A stretch of 21,181 nucleotides of DNA from Myxococcota bacterium (GCA_040752415.1 JBFMGU010000186.1:1-21181); one strand, 5' to 3'. Shown: positions 1 through 10,588, counted from the stretch's first letter. Numbers and translations: made by a program. Notes: a model not told the origin generated them from the sequence alone.

Positions 1-824
1 TCGGGGGCAGGCGCGGGGGCAGGGGCAGGCTCGGCGGGCGGGGCACCCGCGGCGTCGACGGCGGCGTTGTGCTTGGCCACCACGTCCGCGGCCTCCTTCT
101 CATCCCACGCGAGCGAGGCGCCCAGGGCCTGCACCGTGGCGGGATCCGGCGGGGGTGGGCCCTGCACCATCTTCCACGCCCACAACGCCGCGGTGGCCAC
201 CACCGTGAAGAGGCCAATGGCCGTCCCCACCAGGCCCGCGACCATGATGGCCAGGCCCTCGCGCGCCATGCTCTGCACCAAGGGCTGATCAATGGGCACC
301 GTCTGGTCCTGCAGCGTCAGCGCCCAGAAGACGCCACCCACGCCGGCCACGGCCAGCCCGACGACCACCATGCCGGCACCCACGCCCAGGATGGCCACGC
401 GGCCAATGAGATCCTGCGTCTTGGCCTGCGGGTCCTCGGCGGAGCCGGCGCGGTCCACCAGGCGCTTCTGCCAGCCCACGTCGGCCAGGCCCTCGCCCAC
501 GCTCACCGCGGTGCCGTCTGCGCGCAGCACGCGCACTTCCGAGCGGGTGGCCGGCTGGCCCGGCGTGGGGCTGGGCACCGGCACGTCCACGCGCGTCATG
601 CGCCAGTGCTTGGGGTTGGCCAACGCTTCGTCGGCGGGCGGCATGGCGGCGGGCGGCGCGGCCTCCGGGGCGGGCGCGGGAGCCGGCTCCACCGACGGAG
701 GCGCGGCGGGCGGGGGCACGGCGGCCGGGACGTCGGAGGGCGGCGGCTGCGGCGGAGCGGCCTCAGCGGGAGCCTGAGCGGAGAAGGTGAGGGTGGACGC
801 GAGGAGGATTGGGATGAGGGACAT
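1..824 (-). CDS. Hypothetical exported/membrane protein, Pro/Ala-rich, 3' end outside the window
   Basis: Not in the ORF track because it runs off the edge. Manual translation from ATG at 824 gives MSLIPILLASTLTFSAQAPAEAAPPQPPPS (signal-peptide-like, then a Pro/Ala linker), two hydrophobic segments (VAILGVGAGMVVVGLAVAGVGGVFWAL; LAIMVAGLVGTAIGLFTVVATAALWAW) and a PAPAPAP tail. No stop before position 1. Starts 32 bp downstream of thiG. Confidence 0.75.
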   Translation of the reverse strand, partial: MSLIPILLASTLTFSAQAPAEAAPPQPPPSDVPAAVPPPAAPPSVEPAPAPAPEAAPPAAMPPADEALANPKHWRMTRVDVPVPSPTPGQPATRSEVRVLRADGTAVSVGEGLADVGWQKRLVDRAGSAEDPQAKTQDLIGRVAILGVGAGMVVVGLAVAGVGGVFWALTLQDQTVPIDQPLVQSMAREGLAIMVAGLVGTAIGLFTVVATAALWAWKMVQGPPPPDPATVQALGASLAWDEKEAADVVAKHNAAVDAAGAPPAEPAPAPAPAP

Positions 825-856
825 GGTGGGATGGCCTGGAGTGTGTTCGGGAGGAA

Positions 857-1669
857 TCAGTTGCCCAGCAGCCCGGTGAGCGGACTGGAGGCCGTGGCAT
901 AGAGCTTCTTGGGAATTCGGCCGGCCTTGAACGCCATGCGTCCCGCCCGCACCGCGTCCCGCATGGCCTCCGCCATCAGGACCGGGTTGCGCGCGCCGGC
1001 AATGGCCGTGTTCATCAGCACCCCCGCGCAGCCCAGCTCCATCACCTCCGCCGCGTCGCTGGCCGTGCCCACGCCCGCGTCGACGATGACCGGGACCCGC
1101 GCCTGCTCGAGGATGATCTGGATGTTGTAGGGGTTGCGCATGCCCAGCCCGCTGCCAATGGGCGCCGCCAGCGGCATCACCGCCGCGCAGCCCGCGTCCT
1201 GGCAACGCAGCGCCAGCACCGGGTCGTCGGTGATGTACGGGAGCACCACGAATCCGTCGGCCACGAGGCGCTTGGCGGCGGCAATGGTCTCCGCTCCGTC
1301 GGGGAAGAGCGTCTTCTGGTCCCCAATCACCTCCAGCTTCACCATGCGACCGTGCTTCTCACCGAGCAGCTCGCGCGCCAGGTGGCAGGTGCGGATGGCG
1401 TCGTCGGCGGTGTAGCAGCCGGCGGTGTTGGGGAGCAGCTGGAAGCGCCCGGAGAGGAGGTCGAACAGGTTGCCCTCGGTGCCCGCCTTGAGGTTCACCC
1501 GACGGACCGCCACCGTCACCATCTCCGCGCCGCTGGCGCTGAGCGCGGCCAGGGTCTCCGCGTTGTCCTTGAACTTCCCGGTCCCCGCGATCAAGCGGCT
1601 CTGGAACTGGTAGGGGCCCAGTTGGAGCGGGTCGTCGTGGAAGGTGGTCTGCGTGGATTGGTCCTTCAT
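857..1669 (-). CDS. thiG: Thiazole synthase
   Basis: Motifs [25 protein letters not shown] (Schiff-base Lys), [13 protein letters not shown] and [19 protein letters not shown] upstream; adjacent to thiS. Confidence 0.97.
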   Translation of the reverse strand: MKDQSTQTTFHDDPLQLGPYQFQSRLIAGTGKFKDNAETLAALSASGAEMVTVAVRRVNLKAGTEGNLFDLLSGRFQLLPNTAGCYTADDAIRTCHLARELLGEKHGRMVKLEVIGDQKTLFPDGAETIAAAKRLVADGFVVLPYITDDPVLALRCQDAGCAAVMPLAAPIGSGLGMRNPYNIQIILEQARVPVIVDAGVGTASDAAEVMELGCAGVLMNTAIAGARNPVLMAEAMRDAVRAGRMAFKAGRIPKKLYATASSPLTGLLGN

Positions 1670-1681
1670 GTGTGATCCTCC

Positions 1682-1882
1682 TCACCCTCCGCCCACGAAC
1701 GTCACGAGCTCAACCTGGTCGCCTTCCTGGAGGCGGTGCTCATCATGGCGCGCGCGGGGGATGACCTGGCGGTTCACCTCCACGGCCACTCTCTCGACGG
1801 AAAGACCCAGTGCGCCAAGCAGCGCGCCCACGGTCAGGGGACCGTCCAGGGTCTTCTTCTCGCCGTTGATGAACACGTCCAT
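1682..1882 (-). CDS. thiS: Sulfur carrier protein ThiS
   Basis: 66 aa ubiquitin-like protein with INGE, VAVEVNRQVIPR and C-terminal GDQVELVTFVGGG; directly upstream of thiG. Confidence 0.95.
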   Translation of the reverse strand: MDVFINGEKKTLDGPLTVGALLGALGLSVERVAVEVNRQVIPRARHDEHRLQEGDQVELVTFVGGG

Positions 1883-2001
1883 GAGCGGCTCCGGGCGGGG
1901 GGGCCGGGACCCTAGCCGGACGCGCTGCGTAAAGCACCTGCTGACAACGCTTGCTTGGGAACCGCAAGACGGGTGACAACCTTGCGTGAACCAACATCGG
2001 G

Positions 2002-2691
2002 GTGACCATGACGTCCACCAGGGAGTATCTCCGACGTGTCTCCATCTTCGCGACGATCCCCGACCGGGATCTGGATACCCTGGCGGGTGCGGTTGCCGAA
2101 CGGTCCTACGAAAAGGATGCGCTGATCGTCGGCGCGGATGATCCGGGCGACAGCCTCTTCGTGATCGCCAGCGGTCGCGTGAAGGTGGTGCTCTACGGAG
2201 AGAGTGGCCGCGAGGTGATCCTCTCCGTGCTGAAGGAAGGCGACTTCTTTGGCGAGATGAGCCTGCTGGACAACCAGCCGCGCTCCGCCAACGTCCGCGC
2301 CATCGAGCCCAGCCGCATGCTCATCCTCTCGCGGGAGCCGTTCCACTCGGCGCTGCGCGGCGGACCGCACGTGGCCATTCCCATCCTGGCGGAGATGAGC
2401 CGCCGTCTGCGTCGCGCCGACGAGTCCATTGCCAGCCTGGCGCTGCTGGACGTCTACGGACGCGTGGCGCGTTTCCTCCTGGACATGGCCAAGCAGGACG
2501 GCGTGCAGGTGGAGGACGGCGTGCGCATCAAGGAGCGCCCCACCCAGCAGCAGATTGCGGCCATGGTGGGCACCAGCCGGGAGACGGTGAGCCGCGCGCT
2601 CAATGAGTTCCAGCGGCGTGGCCTCATTGAGATGGATGGCAAGTCGCTTGTGCTCAAGCCTGGCTTTGAACTGGCGGAGTCTCCCGAGTAA
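2002..2691 (+). CDS. Crp/Fnr family transcriptional regulator (cNMP-binding domain plus HTH)
   Basis: Phosphate-binding cassette GDFFGEMSLLDNQPRSANV and a CRP-type HTH TQQQIAAMVGTSRETVSRAL. Start is GTG 2002 or ATG 2008. Confidence 0.93.
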   Translation: MTMTSTREYLRRVSIFATIPDRDLDTLAGAVAERSYEKDALIVGADDPGDSLFVIASGRVKVVLYGESGREVILSVLKEGDFFGEMSLLDNQPRSANVRAIEPSRMLILSREPFHSALRGGPHVAIPILAEMSRRLRRADESIASLALLDVYGRVARFLLDMAKQDGVQVEDGVRIKERPTQQQIAAMVGTSRETVSRALNEFQRRGLIEMDGKSLVLKPGFELAESPE

Positions 2692-2703
2692 GTCCCCGCC
2701 GTC

Positions 2704-3420
2704 GTGTCACAGCGTCGACTCAGGGTGGTGGAGCGGGTGCCGGTCCCGCAGCGCATGGCGCCGCTGGCGTCCGTGCCCAAGGACCAGCTGCTCATCCACG
2801 AGGTCTACGCTTCCGTTCAGGGCGAGAGCACCTTCCAGGGCGAGCCGTGCGTGTTCGTGCGCACCACCGCCTGCCACCTGCGCTGCAGCTACTGCGACAC
2901 CGAGCACGCGTTCTACGAGGGCACCGTCCGCACCGTGGACGACGTGCTGCAGGACGTGCTGGCACGCGGTCTGCCGCTGGTGGAGGTCACCGGTGGAGAG
3001 CCGCTGCTGCAGCCCGCGGTGCACGCGCTCATGCGCCGGCTGTGCGACGCGGGAAAGACCGTGCTGCTGGAGACCAGCGGGGGCGTGAGCACGCGTGACG
3101 TCGACGAGCGGGTGCACATCATCCTGGACGTGAAGACGCCGTCCAGCGGGGAGGCGGAGCGCAACGTGTGGGCCAACCTGGAGCGGCTGCGCCCGCATGA
3201 CGAGGTGAAATTCGTCATTGGCTCCCGGGAGGATTTCCGCTGGTCGGTGGAGAAGCTGCGCGAGCATGACATTGCCCGTCGCTGCACGGTGCTCTTCAGC
3301 CCGGTGACGCCGGGGATGGAGCCGCGCGAGCTGGCGGAGCTGGTGGTGGCGGAGCGGTTGCCGGTGCGCTTCCAGGTGCAGCTGCACAAGGTCCTGTGGG
3401 GCGACAAGCGCGGGGTCTGA
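2704..3420 (+). CDS. queE: 7-carboxy-7-deazaguanine synthase-like radical SAM protein
   Basis: EVYASVQGE...FVR, CxxxCxxC (CHLRCSYCDT), TGGEPLLQ, LETSG, DEVKFVI and C-terminal QLHKVLW...RGV. The start may be ATG 2755. Confidence 0.88.
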   Translation: MSQRRLRVVERVPVPQRMAPLASVPKDQLLIHEVYASVQGESTFQGEPCVFVRTTACHLRCSYCDTEHAFYEGTVRTVDDVLQDVLARGLPLVEVTGGEPLLQPAVHALMRRLCDAGKTVLLETSGGVSTRDVDERVHIILDVKTPSSGEAERNVWANLERLRPHDEVKFVIGSREDFRWSVEKLREHDIARRCTVLFSPVTPGMEPRELAELVVAERLPVRFQVQLHKVLWGDKRGV

Positions 3421-3423
3421 GCC

Positions 3424-4497
3424 TCACCGCTTCCAATTGCACTCCTGCAGCTCCCTGCTCTCCGCCCACGGCGCCAGTCGCGGATGCTGCGCGTCGGTGC
3501 GGACGGCGCGGTAGATGACGTCGCAGCGGGCGGTGGAGGGGGCCGTCATGTACCAGCGCTCGAAACACTCCGCGCGCAGGTCGCGCACCACGGGCTTTTG
3601 CGCGCTGGCGCCCAGGCGTTCCGGCCGCAGCCAGTTGTCCATGAGGTCCACGCACCGACGACACCCGTCGCGATCACACTGGTTCTGCAGCGCGGCGCGG
3701 AAGAAGTCCCGCTTCTCCACCACGTGACGCCCGGCGGGACGCGTGGGGCCCAGCGAGACGTAGCTGAGCATGCTCACCTGGTTGTCCCAGAAGTCGTGGC
3801 GCTCGGCCGCGTCGGCGGCGCGGTTCCAGTAGAACATGGCCACCAGCTCCTCCGGTGAGACGTCAAACGTGGTGTTCTTCAACTCCTCCGGGATGAGGCT
3901 GCTCTCCTCCAACCCCACCATCTGCCGCACCGCCGGGTCCGACTGCTCCTTGAATGTGGTCTCCACGTGGTGCGCTCCGTCGGCGTCAAACACCAGCGCC
4001 AGGATGTGACCACGCATGCCGTACGCGGAGACCACCAGGCCCGCGCGCTGCGCCGTCAGCACGTACAGGCCGGTGCCGGAGAGGCAGTTGAACGCGCCCT
4101 CGTCGAGCACCCGGGTCATGCTGCTGGCGCGGAGCTGGTAGCCCTTCTTCAGCGCCTGGGTGTGCATGGCGTGGTGGATGCGCAGGTAGAGCGGAAGGCC
4201 GGACGGGTCGGCGCGTGCGGCGTCGAGGATGCGCATGATGGTGCGGTCGAGTTTCTTCTCGTACTCGGCGAGCTCGTGGAGGTCGCGGAGGCCGGAGGCC
4301 ACCAGGATGCTGCGACCGAGCCCCCACTCCGCCACCGTCCCGGGACGCCAGAGGCTGCGGTCCAGGTCAAAGCGCTCCCCGCCGCCACCCGGCCCACCCA
4401 CGGCCGTCTCCGACGTGGCGCACGTGGCCACGACGACGCAAAGCCCCAACAGTGCACCCGCCCAAGCCGCCCGCACCGCTGTCCTCCGGCGGGCCAT
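3424..4497 (-). CDS. Exported protein (possible lipoprotein) with a transglutaminase-like (SirB1/Transglut_core2-type) domain
   Basis: Basic N-terminus and hydrophobic stretch ending VVVATC. The core VLDEGAFNCLSGTGLYVLTAQRAGL...RGHI...HVETT resembles the Cys-His-acid pattern of this family. Cys-rich C-terminus. Starts 9 bp after the ALDH stop. Confidence 0.6.
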   Translation of the reverse strand: MARRRTAVRAAWAGALLGLCVVVATCATSETAVGGPGGGGERFDLDRSLWRPGTVAEWGLGRSILVASGLRDLHELAEYEKKLDRTIMRILDAARADPSGLPLYLRIHHAMHTQALKKGYQLRASSMTRVLDEGAFNCLSGTGLYVLTAQRAGLVVSAYGMRGHILALVFDADGAHHVETTFKEQSDPAVRQMVGLEESSLIPEELKNTTFDVSPEELVAMFYWNRAADAAERHDFWDNQVSMLSYVSLGPTRPAGRHVVEKRDFFRAALQNQCDRDGCRRCVDLMDNWLRPERLGASAQKPVVRDLRAECFERWYMTAPSTARCDVIYRAVRTDAQHPRLAPWAESRELQECNWKR

Positions 4498-4506
4498 CCT
4501 AGCGCG

Positions 4507-5928
4507 TCACGGGCGGACCACCATGAGGCGACGCTCGGTCATCTCGTCAATCGCGTAGCGCACGCCCTCCCGGCCAAAGCCGCTCTCCTTCACGCCGCCG
4601 TACGGCATGTGGTCCACGCGGAAGGTGGGCATGTCGTTGTGGATGATGCCGCCCACTTCCAGCTCGTCAAAGCAGCGCCACAGCGCCTTGAGGTCGTTGG
4701 TGAACACGCCGGCCTGCAGGCCGAACTGGCTGGCGTTGATGCGGCGGATGGCGTCGTCAAGGTCGGAGAAGCCTTCCACCGTGACCACCGGACCAAACGC
4801 TTCCTCGCGGTAGATGCGTGCGCGTGGATCCACGTCGGAGAGCACGGTGGGGGAGACCAGGTTTCCCTCACGCTGCGCGCCGGTCAGCACGCGTGCGCCC
4901 AGGCCCTTGGCCTCGTCGATCCAGTCCAGGATGCGGCGCGCGTTTCCGTCGTCGATCATCGGGCCGTTGACCACGGCCACGTCGGCGGGGTCGCCGCTTT
5001 TCACCTGCGTGCGCGCGTGCTCACCCAGCGCTTCCTCGAACCGGTTGCGCACCGACTGCGGCACCATCACGCGCTGCACGCTGATGCACACCTGTCCTGC
5101 GTACGCGAACGCGCCCACGCCGAGCGAGCCCAGGAGCGTGGTCCAGTCCGCGTCGGGGAGGATGAGCACGCCCGCGTTGCCACCCAGCTCCAGCGTCACG
5201 CGCTTGTGCCCGGCGCGCGCCTTCAGCTCCCAGCCCACCTTCTGGCTGCCGGTGAAGCTGAGCATGGCCACGCGCGCGTCGGTGATGAGCGGCGCGGCGA
5301 CGGACGGCTCGCACGGCACCACCTGCAGTCCGCCCTCGGGCAGGCCCGCGGCTTCCGCGATCTCGCCGAGGAGCAGGGCGCTGATGGGCGTGCGCTCGGC
5401 GGGCTTGAGGATGACCGGGCAGCCCGCGGCAATGGCCGGCGCCACCTTGTGGATGGCCAGGTTGAGCGGGAAGTTGAACGGCGTGATGGCCGCCACCGGC
5501 CCCACGGGAACGCGACGCACCAGGCCATGCCGCCCCTCCCCGCGTGGCACCACGTCCATGGCCAGGTACTCGCCGTCCAGCCGTCGCGCCTCTACCGAGG
5601 CCATCAGCAGCGTTTCGGCCGCGCGCTGCACCTCGCCACGGGCGTACTGGATGGGTTTTCCGGCCTCGTCGCGGATGGTCTCGCTGAGCAGCGTGGCGCG
5701 CTCACGCACCAGCTCGGCCATGCGGCTGAGCACCTCCGCGCGACGATGCAACGGCGTCCGACGGAGATCCGGCGCGCGCGCCGCGGCGAACGCAATGGCT
5801 TTTTCAACGTGTTCGGGGTCGGCGCGGGTGATCTCCGCCACCGGGTTTCCGTCGTGGGGACGCTTGATGACCTCGCGCCGCTTCCCTTCCTGCCAACGAC
5901 CCTCGAGAAACAACCGATGGGTGCGCAT
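4507..5928 (-). CDS. NAD(P)-dependent aldehyde dehydrogenase
   Basis: ITPFNFPL, FTGS, LELGGNA (catalytic Glu), AGQVCIS (catalytic Cys), EEAFGPV and PYGGVKESGFGREG. ATG at 5928 lies 6 nt after an AGGAGG RBS (5935-5940). Confidence 0.95.
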   Translation of the reverse strand: MRTHRLFLEGRWQEGKRREVIKRPHDGNPVAEITRADPEHVEKAIAFAAARAPDLRRTPLHRRAEVLSRMAELVRERATLLSETIRDEAGKPIQYARGEVQRAAETLLMASVEARRLDGEYLAMDVVPRGEGRHGLVRRVPVGPVAAITPFNFPLNLAIHKVAPAIAAGCPVILKPAERTPISALLLGEIAEAAGLPEGGLQVVPCEPSVAAPLITDARVAMLSFTGSQKVGWELKARAGHKRVTLELGGNAGVLILPDADWTTLLGSLGVGAFAYAGQVCISVQRVMVPQSVRNRFEEALGEHARTQVKSGDPADVAVVNGPMIDDGNARRILDWIDEAKGLGARVLTGAQREGNLVSPTVLSDVDPRARIYREEAFGPVVTVEGFSDLDDAIRRINASQFGLQAGVFTNDLKALWRCFDELEVGGIIHNDMPTFRVDHMPYGGVKESGFGREGVRYAIDEMTERRLMVVRP

Positions 5929-6218
5929 CCGCAACCTCCTCGTCGTCAGCGGATGGAACGGATGGAACCGGACCGCGCCATCCCCGTGCCGTGGTGGGCG
6001 CTTCTAGCAGAGGCTCCAGCGGCAGGGATCCACCCGCGGTGACGACGTGCCCATGGTGCGGCTCGAGGCCCCGCGCATGGGATGGCCGGTTGGCTCCAGC
6101 GCGAGCAGCTGGCCCGCGGGGTCGGTCGGGTTGACGCGTGAAACCCCACCATTTGGGCTGGAGATTGCGGCCCAAGGCGGCTAGAGGACGGCTCCCTTTC
6201 TTGCGCCCCCACACGGGC

Positions 6219-7700
<1,482 letters not shown>

Positions 7701-7706
7701 CCGGCC

Positions 7707-7746
7707 CGCGTGGACCCGGCCCGCGTGCGTGGGTCGGGTCCGCGTG
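7707..7746 (+). terminator. GC-rich hairpin just after the POT transporter stop (terminator or mRNA-stabilising stem)
   Basis: 18-bp stem (7707-7724 with 7729-7746) made of 14 Watson-Crick and 4 G.U pairs on the + strand, with a 4-nt loop. No U-tract follows. Confidence 0.5.
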
Positions 7747-7759
7747 TCAGCATGGCCCC

Positions 7760-10588
7760 GTGTGCGGACGACCTCTCCAGCGCGCGGGGCTCCTGCTCCC
7801 CCTCCTCCTTCACGCCTGCACCCCCGACGACGGAAGCCTGTCCGAGACCGTTCCGCTCGTCACGCCGTCGTCGGACACGGTGACGCTGGGGCCCATCTAC
7901 CCGGGCCAGACCGCAAGCCACACCGTGCGCATCCGCAGCTCCGGGAACGGCGCGGTGACCGTGCGGGGTGCGCGTGTCGACGGGGATTCCACGTTCTCGG
8001 TGCAGCCGCTGGCGTCGCGCACGTTGCAGCCGGGGGAGTCGCTGGACGTTGCGGTGACGTACACCTCACCCGCGCCGGGGGCGGCCGAGGGAGTTCTCAT
8101 CGTCGACAACGACTCCCGGAACGCGCCCGAGCTGCGGGTGGGCCTGCGCGGTGAGACCGTCGACACGCCGCTTTGCGACGACGGCAACCCGTGCACCGAC
8201 GACACCTTCGACGTGAACGCGGACCGGTGCATCACCACCTTCAACACGCTGCCCTGCAACGACGGAAGCGCCTGCACCTTCGACGATCACTGCGTGGAGG
8301 GCGCGTGTCGCGGGAGTGCGGTGGAGTGCCAGCCGTCCAATCCCTGCCAGCGCGCGGTCTGCAACGCCGCCACCGGTTGCGTCTCGCTGGATGACCCGAC
8401 CATCTGTGACGACGGAAACCCCTGCACCTCCGATCTCTGCGACGCACAGACCGGCTGCATCCGTGAGCCCGCGCCCGACGGAACGGGGTGCGGCGGCGCG
8501 GAGGGCTGCGTGTCCGTGCGCCTGTGCGTCTCCGGCGCGTGCGAGGCCTTCCCCGCCCCCGACTGGACCCCATGTGACGACGAGAACATCTGCACGGTGA
8601 TTGACCGGTGCGTCTCCGGCGCGTGCCAGGGCACGGACTCGACGGAGGCGCCGGCCATCGTGGGACAGGCGTTTACGTGGGGCGGACCGGGCGCGGCGGT
8701 GGCGCGGGTGGAAGCAGGATTTGTCGTCGTGGATGGGCAGGGAACCGTGACGGCGCACGAGGTCGTCGAGGACTTTGTTGAGACGCAGCTCATTCCGTTT
8801 GATGAGCCGCTCATTCTCTCCAACGCCACCGGTGTGTACGCGGGAGCCATTGCCGCGGCGCCGCACTACGTGGCTACCGCGATGTACGAGCCCGACGGCA
8901 CGGTGAGCACGCAGCTCTTCAGCATGAACCCCGCGGTGGGCGGAAACCTGGGCAGGATCACGGGTCTGGCGGCCAACGCGTTCCTTCCCAGCGGCGACTG
9001 GCTCTACGCGTGCGGAACGGAGCTCAACGTCGTCGACGTCTCGGATCTCAGCTCACCGGTGGTGGTGGCTTCGGCGCCGCTCAACGCGGTGTGTCGCGGC
9101 ATGGTGTTGGGGACAGGCATCCTGGTGGCCACCGACGACGGCATCAAGCGGTTCAACATCTCCGGGCCCGTGCCGGTGCTCGACGCCACGTTCCTCCCGG
9201 GTGAGGACATCCGCGACATCGATACGATCAACGGGATGATCTACGTCGTGAAACCGGACCAGCAGCTCGGCCAGGAAGGCAACGTCTTCGGCTACCAGGA
9301 GAGCGGTGGTGACCTCGAGGAGCACGTCCACCTGGCGAACTACACGTGGATCTCCATCCGGACGCAGGGCCAGCTGCTCGCGATGATCCATGACCGCGGG
9401 ACGAGCGGGCGACACTCGCACGAGCTGCACGTGTTCGACATGACCACCCCGCAATCCCCGGCGCTGGTTGCCGGCGTGACCATCTCGCTGCCGCGCTCGG
9501 GCGGGACGGTGGAGCTCAATGAACCTTTTGTCCTCGTGACGTCGGAGGACCGGAGCGTGCAGGTGTTCCGCCTCACCGGTCAGATGGGTCCCCAGGCGCT
9601 CCAGCGCGTGGCCGACCCGCAGCATGGGGCCATGCAGGTGGCGGTGTCGCAGGTGGCGCACAACGTGGTCGTGTCGTCGGACTCCGCGCGTGCGGTGGCG
9701 CTGAACAACGTGGGTGTTCCGTTCTTCCTCGTCGGGGGCGTGTTCGATCATCCCGCGGACCTCGTGGCGGCGGGAGAGCCACCGGTGCCGTCGTTCCTGC
9801 TGGTGCCCCGTGCGCCGACAGGCGGAGAGCCGCTCCGCATCCCGCGGCGCCCCATCTCCTTGGGCGAGCGCTGGCTCTGGGTGGACGCTCACGACGGAAC
9901 GTCGGCCACCATTGCCTCGCGAGACATCCCCTCGTTCATGAACGCGCGTGGCGACGGAAAACGCGTCTACCTGGCATCCGTGGACATCTACGCCAGCCCC
10001 AACGTCGCCAACCTGGCCATTCACGATCTGGCGCTGGAGCCGCAGACCCTGGGCGTCCCGTTGCAGCCTCCGCAATCCTTCAGCCTGGTCGTTGATCTTT
10101 CCGGCTCGGACGCGTTCCCGGCGCCGGATGGGCTGGGGCAGATGACCGCGCTCGTCGTGCTGGGTGACAGGGACGGTGTGCCGGCCTCCGCGCTGGCCAC
10201 GTTCTCCACCGCCGACGGCGCACCGCCGCAGCTCACCGGCACGGCGCGGGTGGATGAGCCGGTGATCAGTGTGTTGCCGCGCGGCGACACGGTGGCCGTG
10301 TTGCTGGCGGACCGACTGGAGATCCGCGAGGCAACCGGAACGCTCGACGTGATCACGTCGGTGGACCTGACGGGTGCGCACCACATCCTCGCGTTTGATG
10401 GAACCACGGTGGTGATGACGACGTCACGCGGCGTGGATTTCGTGCGGGTGACGGGGAACATGGCGCAGGTGATCGGGTCGCTGCCGGTGCCGTGGCATAC
10501 GTCGTCGGCGCTGGTGCAGGACGACCGTCTCCACCTCATCTCCCCCACCGCCTACACCGTGGTTTCTCCGCCGTGTCCGTTGCAGTGA
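7760..10588 (+). CDS. Large surface lipoprotein: Ig-like (ASH/choice-of-anchor D-like) domain, Cys-rich repeats and beta-rich (LVIVD/propeller-like) C-terminus
   Basis: In-frame GTG 7760 gives MCGRPLQRAGLLLPLLLHAC (lipobox-like Cys). Ig-like segment VTLGPIYPGQTASHTVRIRSSGNGAVTV...TLQPGESLDVAVTYT. About six CDDGNPCT-type repeats. LNVVDVSDLSSPVVV and LHVFDMTTPQSPALV motifs. The track start at 7175 overlaps the transporter and is rejected. Confidence 0.8.
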   Translation: MCGRPLQRAGLLLPLLLHACTPDDGSLSETVPLVTPSSDTVTLGPIYPGQTASHTVRIRSSGNGAVTVRGARVDGDSTFSVQPLASRTLQPGESLDVAVTYTSPAPGAAEGVLIVDNDSRNAPELRVGLRGETVDTPLCDDGNPCTDDTFDVNADRCITTFNTLPCNDGSACTFDDHCVEGACRGSAVECQPSNPCQRAVCNAATGCVSLDDPTICDDGNPCTSDLCDAQTGCIREPAPDGTGCGGAEGCVSVRLCVSGACEAFPAPDWTPCDDENICTVIDRCVSGACQGTDSTEAPAIVGQAFTWGGPGAAVARVEAGFVVVDGQGTVTAHEVVEDFVETQLIPFDEPLILSNATGVYAGAIAAAPHYVATAMYEPDGTVSTQLFSMNPAVGGNLGRITGLAANAFLPSGDWLYACGTELNVVDVSDLSSPVVVASAPLNAVCRGMVLGTGILVATDDGIKRFNISGPVPVLDATFLPGEDIRDIDTINGMIYVVKPDQQLGQEGNVFGYQESGGDLEEHVHLANYTWISIRTQGQLLAMIHDRGTSGRHSHELHVFDMTTPQSPALVAGVTISLPRSGGTVELNEPFVLVTSEDRSVQVFRLTGQMGPQALQRVADPQHGAMQVAVSQVAHNVVVSSDSARAVALNNVGVPFFLVGGVFDHPADLVAAGEPPVPSFLLVPRAPTGGEPLRIPRRPISLGERWLWVDAHDGTSATIASRDIPSFMNARGDGKRVYLASVDIYASPNVANLAIHDLALEPQTLGVPLQPPQSFSLVVDLSGSDAFPAPDGLGQMTALVVLGDRDGVPASALATFSTADGAPPQLTGTARVDEPVISVLPRGDTVAVLLADRLEIREATGTLDVITSVDLTGAHHILAFDGTTVVMTTSRGVDFVRVTGNMAQVIGSLPVPWHTSSALVQDDRLHLISPTAYTVVSPPCPLQ
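8174..8632 (+). repeat. Protein-level Cys-rich tandem repeats (Dictyostelium CTDC-like)
   Basis: CDDGNPCTDD, CNDGSACTFDDHC, CQPSNPCQRAVC, CDDGNPCTSDLC, CGGAEGCVSVRLC and CDDENICTVIDRC. Confidence 0.8.

Noticed and set aside
67..902. Plus-strand ORFs 67-288, 69-902 and 292-777
   Set aside because: The minus-strand frame from 824 gives a coherent signal peptide and TM helices and is co-oriented with thiSG.
1942..1954. Sigma54 -24/-12 promoter
   Set aside because: TTGC is present, but the required GG-N10-GC spacing is not.
3967..6042. 691-aa and 397-aa plus-strand ORFs
   Set aside because: Antisense to the ALDH and the transglutaminase-like gene, with no domain signal.
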